Assembly (NCBI GenBank): GCA_038883795.1 | Contig: JAVZLK010000007.1 | Span: 1-64,000, forward strand | Length of the DNA: 64,000 nucleotides | Direction of reading: 5' to 3' | DNA from: Candidatus Bathyarchaeia archaeon | GTDB lineage: Archaea; Thermoproteota; Bathyarchaeia; Bathyarchaeales; Bathycorpusculaceae | Shown here: piece by piece, positions 45,968 through 55,138 of the stretch | Numbering within the stretch: position 1 is the stretch's first letter | How the letters are laid out: each line of letters opens with the position of its first letter | Notes under the pieces: generated by a model | The model's input: the letters and a program-made list of their open reading frames with translations, nothing else | What the model was told of the DNA's origin: nothing | Database searches by the model: none | Made by a program: the position numbers and the translations under genes

Positions 45968-46774
45968 ATGTGGGATTTGCTGTTAACCCTATTCGGTTTT
46001 ATTATTGGAATAATAGCTTCTCTAACGGGTATAGGGGGAGGCGCCTTCATAGTTCCCATACTAACAATCCTATACAATTTTGTTCCAGCCAACGCCGTGG
46101 GAACAAGCCTAACCTCTATAATTTTCACTGCAGCAGCATCAACAATAAACTATGCAAGACAAAAGCGAATCTACTACAAAACTGGCTTAATTTTGGCTAC
46201 AACCACAGCGCCCGGAGCTTTCTTAGGCGCTCGCCTCACTAGAATAATACCGCCAAATATGCTGGGATTGATTTTTGGGTTCTTCATAATCTTCGTAGCC
46301 TTGCGCATGATTATCAGCGTAAACGATTTCAGACGGAAGAAGGCAAATCTTGAAAAAGAAACCACTCAAATAATTTTAAAATCCGACGATGAAGTCATAA
46401 GTTCTGGAAGAACAGTCTTGTGGGGGGCAGGATTAAGCTTCTTTGGAGGACTTGCTTCAGGACTTTTGGGCATCGGCGGCGGAGTATTAGTCGTGCCAAT
46501 AATGGTTTTCGCTCTGAAAATGCCCATTCACAATGCCACCGCAACGTCCATGTTCACAATGATTATAACATCCATTTCTGGCGTTGTGGAACATTATATG
46601 GCAGATCACATATACTTTGATTATGCGCTTCTTTTAGCCCTAGGAACAATTTTCGGCGCTCAGGTTGGCGCTTACACTTCTAAAAAAATTTCTGGTAAAG
46701 GGCTTCGCAGAATTTTCGGCATGGTCTTGCTATTTGTATGCTTACAAATGATTCTAAAATACTTGCCCTCATAA
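45968..46774 (+). CDS. TauE/SafE (TSUP) family transporter
   Basis: Duplicated GIGGG...P...A.GTS motif. Confidence 0.9.
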   Translation: MWDLLLTLFGFIIGIIASLTGIGGGAFIVPILTILYNFVPANAVGTSLTSIIFTAAASTINYARQKRIYYKTGLILATTTAPGAFLGARLTRIIPPNMLGLIFGFFIIFVALRMIISVNDFRRKKANLEKETTQIILKSDDEVISSGRTVLWGAGLSFFGGLASGLLGIGGGVLVVPIMVFALKMPIHNATATSMFTMIITSISGVVEHYMADHIYFDYALLLALGTIFGAQVGAYTSKKISGKGLRRIFGMVLLFVCLQMILKYLPS

Positions 46775-47248
46775 CCTTTCAAGGCTTTTGAAGGAGAAAT
46801 GCTTAATCACATCTGTTTTTAGGGAAAACAGGAAACTTTCAGCCGAAGAAATTTTGGAGCCAAGTAAGCCTTTAAGTTCACGGGAAAAAATGGAAAAATC
46901 CGTGAAGTCCTTATGAATTGAAACCAGCAAAAGAGTTTTTCCGTCGAGACCTTCGCCAGAAGTTATGAAGAGGATTTTCGGATTTTTAAAAATCCAATCT
47001 TGAACCTCCTTTGCTTGTTCCAAATTTATGTTTGACGCTAGAAAGTTTAGTGCTACCATTTCAAATCCAATTTTCTCTAGGTTTGGGATTACGGTGTATT
47101 CACGGATATATCCTAACTTTTCAAGGCTTTTCCGCATTCTTGTTATTGTTGGCTGAGAAACCTTAACGGCTTTTGCAATTTCTCTGTCGCTTCTTTTAGA
47201 ATTTATCATCAACTCGTAAAGAAGATCTATCATTTTCTGTTTCGGCAT
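46769..47248 (-). CDS. Lrp/AsnC-family transcriptional regulator
   Basis: NSKRSDREIAKAVKVSQPTITR..LEKLGYIREYT. Confidence 0.85.
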   Translation of the reverse strand: MPKQKMIDLLYELMINSKRSDREIAKAVKVSQPTITRMRKSLEKLGYIREYTVIPNLEKIGFEMVALNFLASNINLEQAKEVQDWIFKNPKILFITSGEGLDGKTLLLVSIHKDFTDFSIFSRELKGLLGSKISSAESFLFSLKTDVIKHFSFKSLERL

Positions 47249-47273
47249 ACTAAAGAAACCACGCTGTTTTGAG

Positions 47274-49718
47274 CTATTTCTTTTCTTTCCTTTTTAGCAT
47301 GTTCTCCAAAATTGGACGCAACTTCTCATTTTCCGCTTTAATCTTCTCCTTGCCTAAGGCGTGCATCTGCTCGGTCATTTCCCTAATGAGTTCTGCAAAT
47401 TTTACGCCTTCTGCAGCGGAAACATATTCCACTCGGAATCTTTCTGGGCTTAATCCAAGCTTGTGAAGCATTGGCGCCAAAGCATCCATCCGCGCTTTCA
47501 TTTTCCAGTTTCCACTAATATAATGGCAGTCGTAGGGCAGGTGACATGCAGCGACAAGAACCATTCCAGCGCCAAGCCTTAAGGCTTCCAAAACAAAGTC
47601 TCTGTCAACTCTGCCAGAACACATTACACGTATAGGGCGTATTGTTGGCGGATATTCAAATCTGCTTGTTCCAGCCAAATCCGCTCCAGCATAGCTGCAC
47701 CAGTTACATAGGAAAGCCAAAATCTTGCCTTCAGGGTTCGTTTCGAGGGCAGCTCTTATTTGGGCAAAGATTTGGGCGTCTGTAAAGTGCATTTGTGTTA
47801 TGGCATCTGCTGGGCATTCAGCTACGCATGTTCCACATCCATGACACATGGCGGTTATAACTTCTGCTGGTTTCTTTTCTTCAATTTTAATAGCCCCATA
47901 AGGACAGCGTTCCGCACAAATTCCACACTTTGTTGTAACGTTTCTGCACTTGTTTGGGTCTACTATGGAAACTATGGGCTCAATTTTCCAGGTAGGCTTT
48001 GAAAGCACAGTTGCCGCTCTGGAAGCAGCACCGCATCCTTGTGAAACGCTGTATGGTATATCCTTAGGCGCTTGGCATGAGCCAGCTAAGAATATTCCAT
48101 CAGTCGGCGCATCTAAGGGTTTAAGCTTGGGATGGCTTTCCATGAAGAATCCGTCTGCCCCCCGTGTTAAGTTAAGTATTCGGGCTATTTCTTCTGAACC
48201 TTTTTTGGGTATGGCTGCGGTTGCGAGAACAACCATGTCGGCTTCAATTTCTATTGGTTGACCCAATGTCATGTCTTCAGCGTGCAAAATCAAGTTCTTT
48301 GTCTCTGGGATCTCTAAAACGCGGCTTACCCTTCCACGGATGAAGTTTACGCCAAGCTCCCTTGCCCTTTGATAGAATTCTTCAAAACCCTTAAAGTTGC
48401 TCCGTATATCCATGTAGAAAACGTAAACTTCAACATCATCCTTATACTTCTCCTTAAGTTGGACTACGTGCTTAAGCGTGTACATGCAGCAGAAGTTGGA
48501 GCAATATGGATACTTGTTTGTGTCCCTTGAGCCAACGCATTGGATGAAAGCTACACTATGCGGCTTTTGTCCATCAGAAGCCCTAACAACCTTCCCGCCC
48601 GTTGGTCCCGCCGCAAGGATTAGCCGTTCAAACTCGAGGGATGTTATTACATTGGCGTATTTGCCATATCCATATAATTGGTTGTCATAGGGCAAGTATA
48701 TGTCATAGCCTGTTGCCACAATTATGGCGCCAACTTCCAACTCTATTTCTTCCGGCTTCTGTTCAAAGTTTATGGCTTGTCTCGCCCCGCAAGCATCAAC
48801 ACACTTGTAGCATTCAATACAATAATCCTTGTTTATGGTGTAAACAAGCGGAACGGCTTGGTCGAAGGGGACGGATATGGCTTTTCTAACGCCTAAATTC
48901 ATGTCCCACTCGTTGGGATATTCTATGGGACAGACTTCTTTACATTCACCGCAACCGGTGCAGTTTTCAGCTATAACATAACGTGGGTTTTTGCGAATCC
49001 TAACCTTAAAGTTCCCTATAAAACCGCTAACGCTTAGCAAATCAGCAAAAGCTATAATTTCAATGTTCGGATGCCGCCCCACATCAACCATTTTTGGACC
49101 TTCAATGCATATGGAACAGTCAAGGGTTGGAAACGTTTTATCCAACTGAGCCATGTGACCGCCAATGCTTTCTCCCTTCTCAAGCAAGTAAACCTTAAAG
49201 CCCATCTCCGCCAAGTCCAGGGCTGCATTCATCCCAGCAATGCCACCGCCTATGACTAACGCCTTATTGATTACTGGGACCTGTATTGTTTCAAGGGGTT
49301 GAAGCAACCTCGCTTTTGCCACAGCCATTTTTATCAGTTCTTTCGCTTTTTCGGTTGCTTCCTTCGGTGTGCTTGGATGGCACCATGAAGAGAACTCTCG
49401 GATATTCGCCATCTCAAACAAATAGGGATTCAAATTTACATCGGAAACTGTTCTTCGAAACGTGGGCTCATGCATCCGCGGTGAACAAGCTGCAACAACA
49501 ACACGATTAAGTTTATGCTCCTTAATCCCCTTCCTTATTTCTTCTTGTCCAGGGTCTGCGCATGTGTAGCGATTATCCTTCACATAAACAACATTTGGCA
49601 AAGTTTTTGCGTATTCGACCAGTTCTTTTATGTCTATTACGCCTGCAATGTTTAAGCCGCAGTGACATATGAAAACTCCAATCCTTGGCTCTGCGGTTTC
49701 AATTTTCTTTTCAGCCAT
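47274..49718 (-). CDS. hdrA: HdrA fused to a C-terminal MvhD domain
   Basis: CHCGLNI, ACSPRMHE, GGGIAG, KTFPTLDCSIC, QCVGSRD, CSNFCC; MvhD part CNWCSYAGADLAG...RVMCSGR...CHY. Confidence 0.95.
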   Translation of the reverse strand: MAEKKIETAEPRIGVFICHCGLNIAGVIDIKELVEYAKTLPNVVYVKDNRYTCADPGQEEIRKGIKEHKLNRVVVAACSPRMHEPTFRRTVSDVNLNPYLFEMANIREFSSWCHPSTPKEATEKAKELIKMAVAKARLLQPLETIQVPVINKALVIGGGIAGMNAALDLAEMGFKVYLLEKGESIGGHMAQLDKTFPTLDCSICIEGPKMVDVGRHPNIEIIAFADLLSVSGFIGNFKVRIRKNPRYVIAENCTGCGECKEVCPIEYPNEWDMNLGVRKAISVPFDQAVPLVYTINKDYCIECYKCVDACGARQAINFEQKPEEIELEVGAIIVATGYDIYLPYDNQLYGYGKYANVITSLEFERLILAAGPTGGKVVRASDGQKPHSVAFIQCVGSRDTNKYPYCSNFCCMYTLKHVVQLKEKYKDDVEVYVFYMDIRSNFKGFEEFYQRARELGVNFIRGRVSRVLEIPETKNLILHAEDMTLGQPIEIEADMVVLATAAIPKKGSEEIARILNLTRGADGFFMESHPKLKPLDAPTDGIFLAGSCQAPKDIPYSVSQGCGAASRAATVLSKPTWKIEPIVSIVDPNKCRNVTTKCGICAERCPYGAIKIEEKKPAEVITAMCHGCGTCVAECPADAITQMHFTDAQIFAQIRAALETNPEGKILAFLCNWCSYAGADLAGTSRFEYPPTIRPIRVMCSGRVDRDFVLEALRLGAGMVLVAACHLPYDCHYISGNWKMKARMDALAPMLHKLGLSPERFRVEYVSAAEGVKFAELIREMTEQMHALGKEKIKAENEKLRPILENMLKRKEKK

Positions 49719-49719
49719 A

Positions 49720-50643
49720 TTATGCACCCATCCACCCCAACCTTTTTTCCACAGACTCCATAACCTTTTGAGAACCTTTAGCCTTCAACTCCTTACTCAT
49801 CACAATAGGAGACGCCAACCTTTCCAAAGCTTTATTCCAAGCTCCAGAACGGACTGGCGTGTGAATTATTTTTGTTCTTTCAAGCTCTAGGGCTTCCTCC
49901 ACTGGACAAACAACTTTGCAGGCTCCACAGTAAACGCAGAAAACCTCGTTTACATGAACCTTTTTATCTTCATCGGAAAAGTATAAGGCTCCAGTTATTG
50001 GGCAAACGTCTAAACAGTCTGTACATCCTTCTGGACATTTTTCTTGGTGGATGAGGATTTTTCCATGAAAGAATTTGCGCACGTGGATGGTGTCTTCTGG
50101 GCATTTGAATTCGCAGATTCTGCAACATGGGCAACGTTCCTTTTCAATGTCAATTTTCACTTTAATTCCTTTCCTCTTCCTTTTTGGTCTGGTTTCTAAA
50201 ACCTTTCCATCCTCCGTCATCCACCCAATTTTAATTAAGCCTAAAGGACAAGCCTCTTCACATTCAACACATTTTATTGGACATTTGCTCGTGTCAACTT
50301 GAATTTCGCGAACCAATTGGGGGAAGCTTTCTTTCTCCAAAACTGAAAGGATGTGTTCGCCGTTTATGGTTAATTTTATCGCCCCGAAGGGACAGAGTAT
50401 ATCGCATATTCCACAGAAATTGCATTTTGCCAAGTCGATGTCAACTTTAGCCTTTTTGGCTTTCTCACCTTGAATTTTAGGCTGTTTCTCAATTTTGATG
50501 GCTTCTTTTGGACATGCTAAAGCGCAGATTTGACAGCCCACGCACAAGTCTTTGTTAAGGTTTAGTCTGTAATTTTTTACATGCAAAATCCATTCTAATG
50601 TTAATGTTTGGGCTGTATCCGTTTTCATGGTTTTTAACGGCAT
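49720..50643 (-). CDS. Polyferredoxin (FwdF-like)
   Basis: About six CxxCxxCxxxCP-type motifs; C-terminal SGAWNKAL. Confidence 0.82.
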   Translation of the reverse strand: MPLKTMKTDTAQTLTLEWILHVKNYRLNLNKDLCVGCQICALACPKEAIKIEKQPKIQGEKAKKAKVDIDLAKCNFCGICDILCPFGAIKLTINGEHILSVLEKESFPQLVREIQVDTSKCPIKCVECEEACPLGLIKIGWMTEDGKVLETRPKRKRKGIKVKIDIEKERCPCCRICEFKCPEDTIHVRKFFHGKILIHQEKCPEGCTDCLDVCPITGALYFSDEDKKVHVNEVFCVYCGACKVVCPVEEALELERTKIIHTPVRSGAWNKALERLASPIVMSKELKAKGSQKVMESVEKRLGWMGA

Positions 50644-50744
50644 TTAATTCACCAAACCGCATCTTTATGATGTGGTAGCCGTAATTGAAGTATAGCCTAT
50701 AAATTCACTTTCATATATAGTTTGGTTTTAAAACTTCCCATAAT

Positions 50745-51305
50745 TTAATGATAAATTTTGGTGCAAACAGCCACATAACACTTCAACCCTTCACTTTTCA
50801 AACTAAAGGGCTTGAGACTGGCATGACGTAGTAACTCTTCAAACTCTTCTTTAGTGAAGCTTTTCTTCAAACCAGAAACAACTATAACTGCATTCTCCTT
50901 TGCAACCCGCTTGATCTCCTCTAATGTTTTGGTTGGGTTTGGCATGTTTTGGAGAACAGTAATCCCAAAAACGTGAGTAAACGTGCCTTCTTTTATGGGA
51001 ATATTATCCGCATCAGCCAAAATTAGATGCGCATCATCAAAATTTTTTGCACGATTCTTGGCGTAAAGCAAAATCTTCTTTGAAATGTCCAACCCAACAA
51101 CGGTTTCAGCTTTTTCGGCTATATAATCGAATAAGATTCCAGTTCCACAGCCGACATCCAAAACCCAAGCGAATTTCTCCATTTTAAGCTCGTCCAATGC
51201 TGCCTTGATTTTCGCTGTTTGTTCTTCGGCATAGCGCATATCATAAATTTGCGCCGTCAAATCGTAGCGACGCATTATACTGCGCTTTTTCTTCCATTCA
51301 CTCAT
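50745..51305 (-). CDS. Class I SAM-dependent methyltransferase
   Basis: VLDVGCGTG, GLDIS, ADA. Confidence 0.9.
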   Translation of the reverse strand: MSEWKKKRSIMRRYDLTAQIYDMRYAEEQTAKIKAALDELKMEKFAWVLDVGCGTGILFDYIAEKAETVVGLDISKKILLYAKNRAKNFDDAHLILADADNIPIKEGTFTHVFGITVLQNMPNPTKTLEEIKRVAKENAVIVVSGLKKSFTKEEFEELLRHASLKPFSLKSEGLKCYVAVCTKIYH

Positions 51306-51365
51306 GGGGACTCTTCAGAAGTCTTATGTATGCATGCGCCCTTCTAAAATTATTGGCGAATTAAA

Positions 51366-52145
51366 GTGACAAACTCTAAGAGTTTAAATTTGCTAGTAAA
51401 TCCCACCGTGGCTGAAGCGGTTGAGGCTGTTAGGGATGCAGTTTTGCAACATAAAACGGTTATTGTTGTTGGCAAATGTTGGGTTCACTACGTTGGTAGA
51501 GCAAAATCGAAACTGGAACCAGGCGAACGCATACTAATAATAAAAGAAGACGGCTCCCTTCTAGTCCACCGTTCCGTAGGCTATGAACCAGTGAACTGGC
51601 AACCGCCAGGCTGCCTATTCCAAGTCCAAGCCAAAGATAATGTTCTTGAAATTCGGGCTGTGAGGCGTAAGCCAGCCGAATCCGTGAAGGTGTTTTTTGA
51701 CAAAATCCAACTTTTCTCCGCCTTAGACCTTATGGATTCTGGCGAATTCGCCTTGTATGCAAGCGAAGAGGACATGCATAAAGCCATCTTATTGGAGCCT
51801 TCACTTTTGGAAGAAGGCTTCAAACCAATAAGTTATGAGAAGAAGGTTGAGCCAGGTTTTGTGGACGTTTATGGCGTGGACAAGAGTGGGAGGCTTGTTG
51901 TGGTTGAGATTAAACGTAAAACTGCTGGAAGGGAAGCGGCCCTTCAACTTGCAAAATACATAGAAGCCATCAAACTCAAAGCAAACCGAGAAGTGCGAGG
52001 AATCCTTGCAGCGCCAAATATTGCCAAAGATGTTCAAAGGTTATTGGCAACTCTTGGGTTAGAGTTTAAAGCTTTAGACCCTAAAAAGTGCGCGGAAATC
52101 CTAACGAAGACTGAAACTAAAAGGCTTGAAGCCTTTTTCAGATAG
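51366..52145 (+). CDS. nucS: Endonuclease NucS/EndoMS
   Basis: YVGRA.S.L, KEDGSLLVH, PVNWQPP, E..D..EIK, QLAKY, RGILAAP. Confidence 0.95.
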   Translation: MTNSKSLNLLVNPTVAEAVEAVRDAVLQHKTVIVVGKCWVHYVGRAKSKLEPGERILIIKEDGSLLVHRSVGYEPVNWQPPGCLFQVQAKDNVLEIRAVRRKPAESVKVFFDKIQLFSALDLMDSGEFALYASEEDMHKAILLEPSLLEEGFKPISYEKKVEPGFVDVYGVDKSGRLVVVEIKRKTAGREAALQLAKYIEAIKLKANREVRGILAAPNIAKDVQRLLATLGLEFKALDPKKCAEILTKTETKRLEAFFR

Positions 52146-52157
52146 TAGTTTTAGCTT

Positions 52158-52982
52158 CTAAAAATCAGTGGCACCATATTTGAATGTTGCATACTGCCTC
52201 CACATCTCTTGCGAAAAAGGCCTTTCCACCTGAACGCTGAAACCCATTGACTTATACTTCTCCTTGATTTCACCTATCATTAGATCTTCCACTGGATCTA
52301 TTAGAAGGATTCTTAAGTCGGATTGTAGGATTCTTACTGCTTTGGCTTTTATGTAACATTCAACCGCAACAATTCCTTCTAACGTATAGCCTTCCCTAAT
52401 TGAGGTTAGATTTTGAATAAAATCTGAATCTTGAGGTCTAGGAAACCAAAGAACACCAGCACACTTAGTGCCAGCCTTTTTATCTGTTACAATAACTGCA
52501 TATCCGCCAAGTTTCACTAATGAGGTTTCACATAAACTCTTCAAGTCTTCGGGTTTTAGGGGATTTTTAAAAGTTATAAAAACCTCAATTAAAGAATCAG
52601 CAGTAAGCGTATCTAAAAGTGCATTTAGAGCGTTCGTTCGTGAGTTCACATAAGCCGTGAGGTTTTCTTCAGAGGTTATATGGGCTTCTATGTGAATGGA
52701 TATATAGCCTTTTTCTCGTGGATTATAGTGCATTTCGCGTACTACTATGTCACCGCCTAAGAAACTTATCCTTTCTATCTCTTTTGGACTCCATACACTT
52801 TCGTCAAAATTTGAAAAGAATATTGATGGCAAAAAAGCCATGGCAACACATGCGGTAAATAACAAGCCTCCAATAAGAATTGAAATGTATATAGGCGCAG
52901 CTAATCTAGTGAGATTTGTTGAAACTGGCTTTTTTGGTTTTGGACACCAATTCCACAACTTTTGACGAATACCCATTTTCAT
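52158..52982 (-). CDS. Single-TM membrane protein with an N-terminal W-x-WCP leader
   Basis: RQKLWNWCPKP, one TM (YISILIGGLLFTACVAMAF), soluble C-terminal domain; start overlaps the upstream stop (ATGA). Confidence 0.75.
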   Translation of the reverse strand: MKMGIRQKLWNWCPKPKKPVSTNLTRLAAPIYISILIGGLLFTACVAMAFLPSIFFSNFDESVWSPKEIERISFLGGDIVVREMHYNPREKGYISIHIEAHITSEENLTAYVNSRTNALNALLDTLTADSLIEVFITFKNPLKPEDLKSLCETSLVKLGGYAVIVTDKKAGTKCAGVLWFPRPQDSDFIQNLTSIREGYTLEGIVAVECYIKAKAVRILQSDLRILLIDPVEDLMIGEIKEKYKSMGFSVQVERPFSQEMWRQYATFKYGATDF

Positions 52983-53440
52983 CCACCTATAATTTTTGAG
53001 AATAAAATTTCAGCCAGTTTAGAGGGCATCATCGAGTTTGCGTTTTCTGGAAGTTGCATATTGCGATCCTCTGCTTCTACCAACAACATTTTTCTGCAAG
53101 TTTCAAGTTGATCACAATTTCTGCAGTCTCCTTCATGTTTATACCATACCTGAACACCATTTTTTGCTGAGAACGTGATTATTGCATCTGTTTTGAAATC
53201 TGAGCTATAACCAACCAATATTCCTTGAGCTGAATCTATTGTTTTGATTTTAATTTTATTTATTGTAGCTGCTTCTTCAAGAGCTGCATAGATTTTGGAA
53301 TTTGCAACGTCCAAAGCCTTATGAACGGTTTGGCGGGTCACTTTGAGTTTTCTAGCAATGCTTACCTCAGATAACCCCCTACTTTTCAGATCCCAAATCA
53401 TTTTCTGCTTAGGAGTAAGATAACCGGTGGTTAAGCTCAT
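52979..53440 (-). CDS. Sigma70-region-4-like HTH protein with a C-terminal H-x3-C-x2-C-x5-C motif
   Basis: LTPKQKMIW..KSRGLSEVSIARKLKVTRQTVHKAL; HEGDCRNCDQLETC. Confidence 0.8.
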   Translation of the reverse strand: MSLTTGYLTPKQKMIWDLKSRGLSEVSIARKLKVTRQTVHKALDVANSKIYAALEEAATINKIKIKTIDSAQGILVGYSSDFKTDAIITFSAKNGVQVWYKHEGDCRNCDQLETCRKMLLVEAEDRNMQLPENANSMMPSKLAEILFSKIIGG

Positions 53441-53523
53441 TGCGACGAATCCTAGTAAGCCTTAAGAGGCTGACAAACATATAAATCTTTCGTAAAGCAG
53501 AATCTACCGAGAAGGAACACACA

Positions 53524-54432
53524 TTGATTCGGAGAATTGTTCCTTTAGCCTTTGACAGTTTTGGTGTTCGTTCAATGGCAACTTTCATAGAAACAGACGA
53601 CCTAAAAATCCTAATAGACCCCGGAGTTGCTTTGGCGCCTATTCGCTACGGATTGGAACCGCATCCTTTAGAGTGGGAGAGGCTTGAGGAAACTTGGGAA
53701 GTTATCAAGCAATATGCAGAAAATGCTGATGTTTTGGTTGTTACGCATTATCATTATGACCATCATGACCCAGACACTCCAGAACTGTACAAGGCGAAAA
53801 ATGTCTTCATAAAACATCCAACAGAAAACATAAACCTAAGCCAAAAAGAAAGAGCAGCCATTTTCCTAGAAGCCATAAAAGGAATGCCCAAGAAACTCGA
53901 AACTGCCGATGGTAAAAGCTTCCAACTTGGCAAAACCCGCATAAGCTTTTCAAAGGCTGTTTGCCACGGAACAAATCCACGCCTCGGATACGTAACAGAA
54001 GTAAGCATAAAAAGCAATAATGAAAAATTCCTTTACACGTCTGATGTTGAAGGCTCATCCTTGGAAGATCAGATACGCTTCATTCTCGATGAAAAGCCAG
54101 ACATCCTTTTTGTCGATGGACCAATGACCTACATGCTTGGATTCCGCTATTCCTTCAAAAGTCTAGAAATTTCAAACGCTAATCTTGTCAGAGCCATAAG
54201 AGAGACGAACCTTCATACTTTGGTTTTGGACCACCATTTTCTACGAGACTTAAACTATAAATTGAGGATAAAGCTAGTTTATGAAGCTGCTGAAAAGCGT
54301 GGGGTAAAGGTTGTTACGGCAGCAGAATTTTGTGGGAGAAAGATTGAGATGCTTGAGGCTTTGAGGAAGGAGCTTTATGCAAAATATGGCGAAATGGAGT
54401 TTAAGGGCAAAAAACGTGCATTGCGTGAGTGA
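53524..54432 (+). CDS. UPF0282-like metallo-beta-lactamase-fold hydrolase
   Basis: SFGVRSMATF, IDPGVALAP.RYGL, THYHYDHH, SDVEG, LDHHFLRD. Confidence 0.88.
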   Translation: MIRRIVPLAFDSFGVRSMATFIETDDLKILIDPGVALAPIRYGLEPHPLEWERLEETWEVIKQYAENADVLVVTHYHYDHHDPDTPELYKAKNVFIKHPTENINLSQKERAAIFLEAIKGMPKKLETADGKSFQLGKTRISFSKAVCHGTNPRLGYVTEVSIKSNNEKFLYTSDVEGSSLEDQIRFILDEKPDILFVDGPMTYMLGFRYSFKSLEISNANLVRAIRETNLHTLVLDHHFLRDLNYKLRIKLVYEAAEKRGVKVVTAAEFCGRKIEMLEALRKELYAKYGEMEFKGKKRALRE

Positions 54433-54473
54433 GGAAAACTAAATTAGCAAGTTCGCTATTTAGCTTGAAGGTT

Positions 54474-55019
54474 ATGTCCATGAACATTTGGAAAGATATC
54501 CCCTCAGGCGATAAGCCTCCAGAACTGCTCAACATGGTTGTTGAAGTCATTATGGGTTCAAGAGACAAGTATGAATACAATCTCGAATGGGAAACTTTTG
54601 TTTTAGACCGCATCATACCCTCATCTGTGGTTTTTCCGGTTGATTATGGCTTTGTTCCCCAAACATGGTTTGACGATAATGACCCCCTTGACATAATGGT
54701 GCTAAGCTATGAACCGCTTGAGGTTGGCTGTATAGTTAAGGTTAGAGTCATAGGCGCCTTAATAGTGGAAGACGAAGAGGGCGAAGACCCAAAAATATTG
54801 TCTGTGCTAGTTAATGATGCGAGGTTTGAGGGCTATAAGGATATTACGGATGTGCACAAGCATAAACTTGTAGAGATTCAAGAATTTTTTGAAACCTATA
54901 AGCGGTTGGAACCGCATAAATGGGTTAGGTTTAAGGAATGGAGAAACGCTGAAGAAGCCAAAAAGATTGTGAATTACGCCATTAAAAAGTTTAAAGAACT
55001 TAACAAAAACAGTTCTTAA
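54474..55019 (+). CDS. ppa: Family I inorganic pyrophosphatase
   Basis: KYEY, LDR, YGFVPQT..DDNDPLD, DPKI, FFETYK.LE. Confidence 0.95.
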   Translation: MSMNIWKDIPSGDKPPELLNMVVEVIMGSRDKYEYNLEWETFVLDRIIPSSVVFPVDYGFVPQTWFDDNDPLDIMVLSYEPLEVGCIVKVRVIGALIVEDEEGEDPKILSVLVNDARFEGYKDITDVHKHKLVEIQEFFETYKRLEPHKWVRFKEWRNAEEAKKIVNYAIKKFKELNKNSS

Positions 55020-55138
55020 CATTAAATCTGGCGAACGTTAAAAAAGATATTTGCAAGCTATTCCTGAATGTGCGATATTCTTAAATCGCCCTAATGCTGT
55101 TCGCCTATTATAGTTGAGGTACAGTAGGCGCATGGAAC

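Noticed and set aside
29497-49718. Selenocysteine recoding in FwdB, HdrA or MvhD
   Set aside because: All ORFs are uninterrupted and have Cys at the relevant positions (VCHGP, CNWC)
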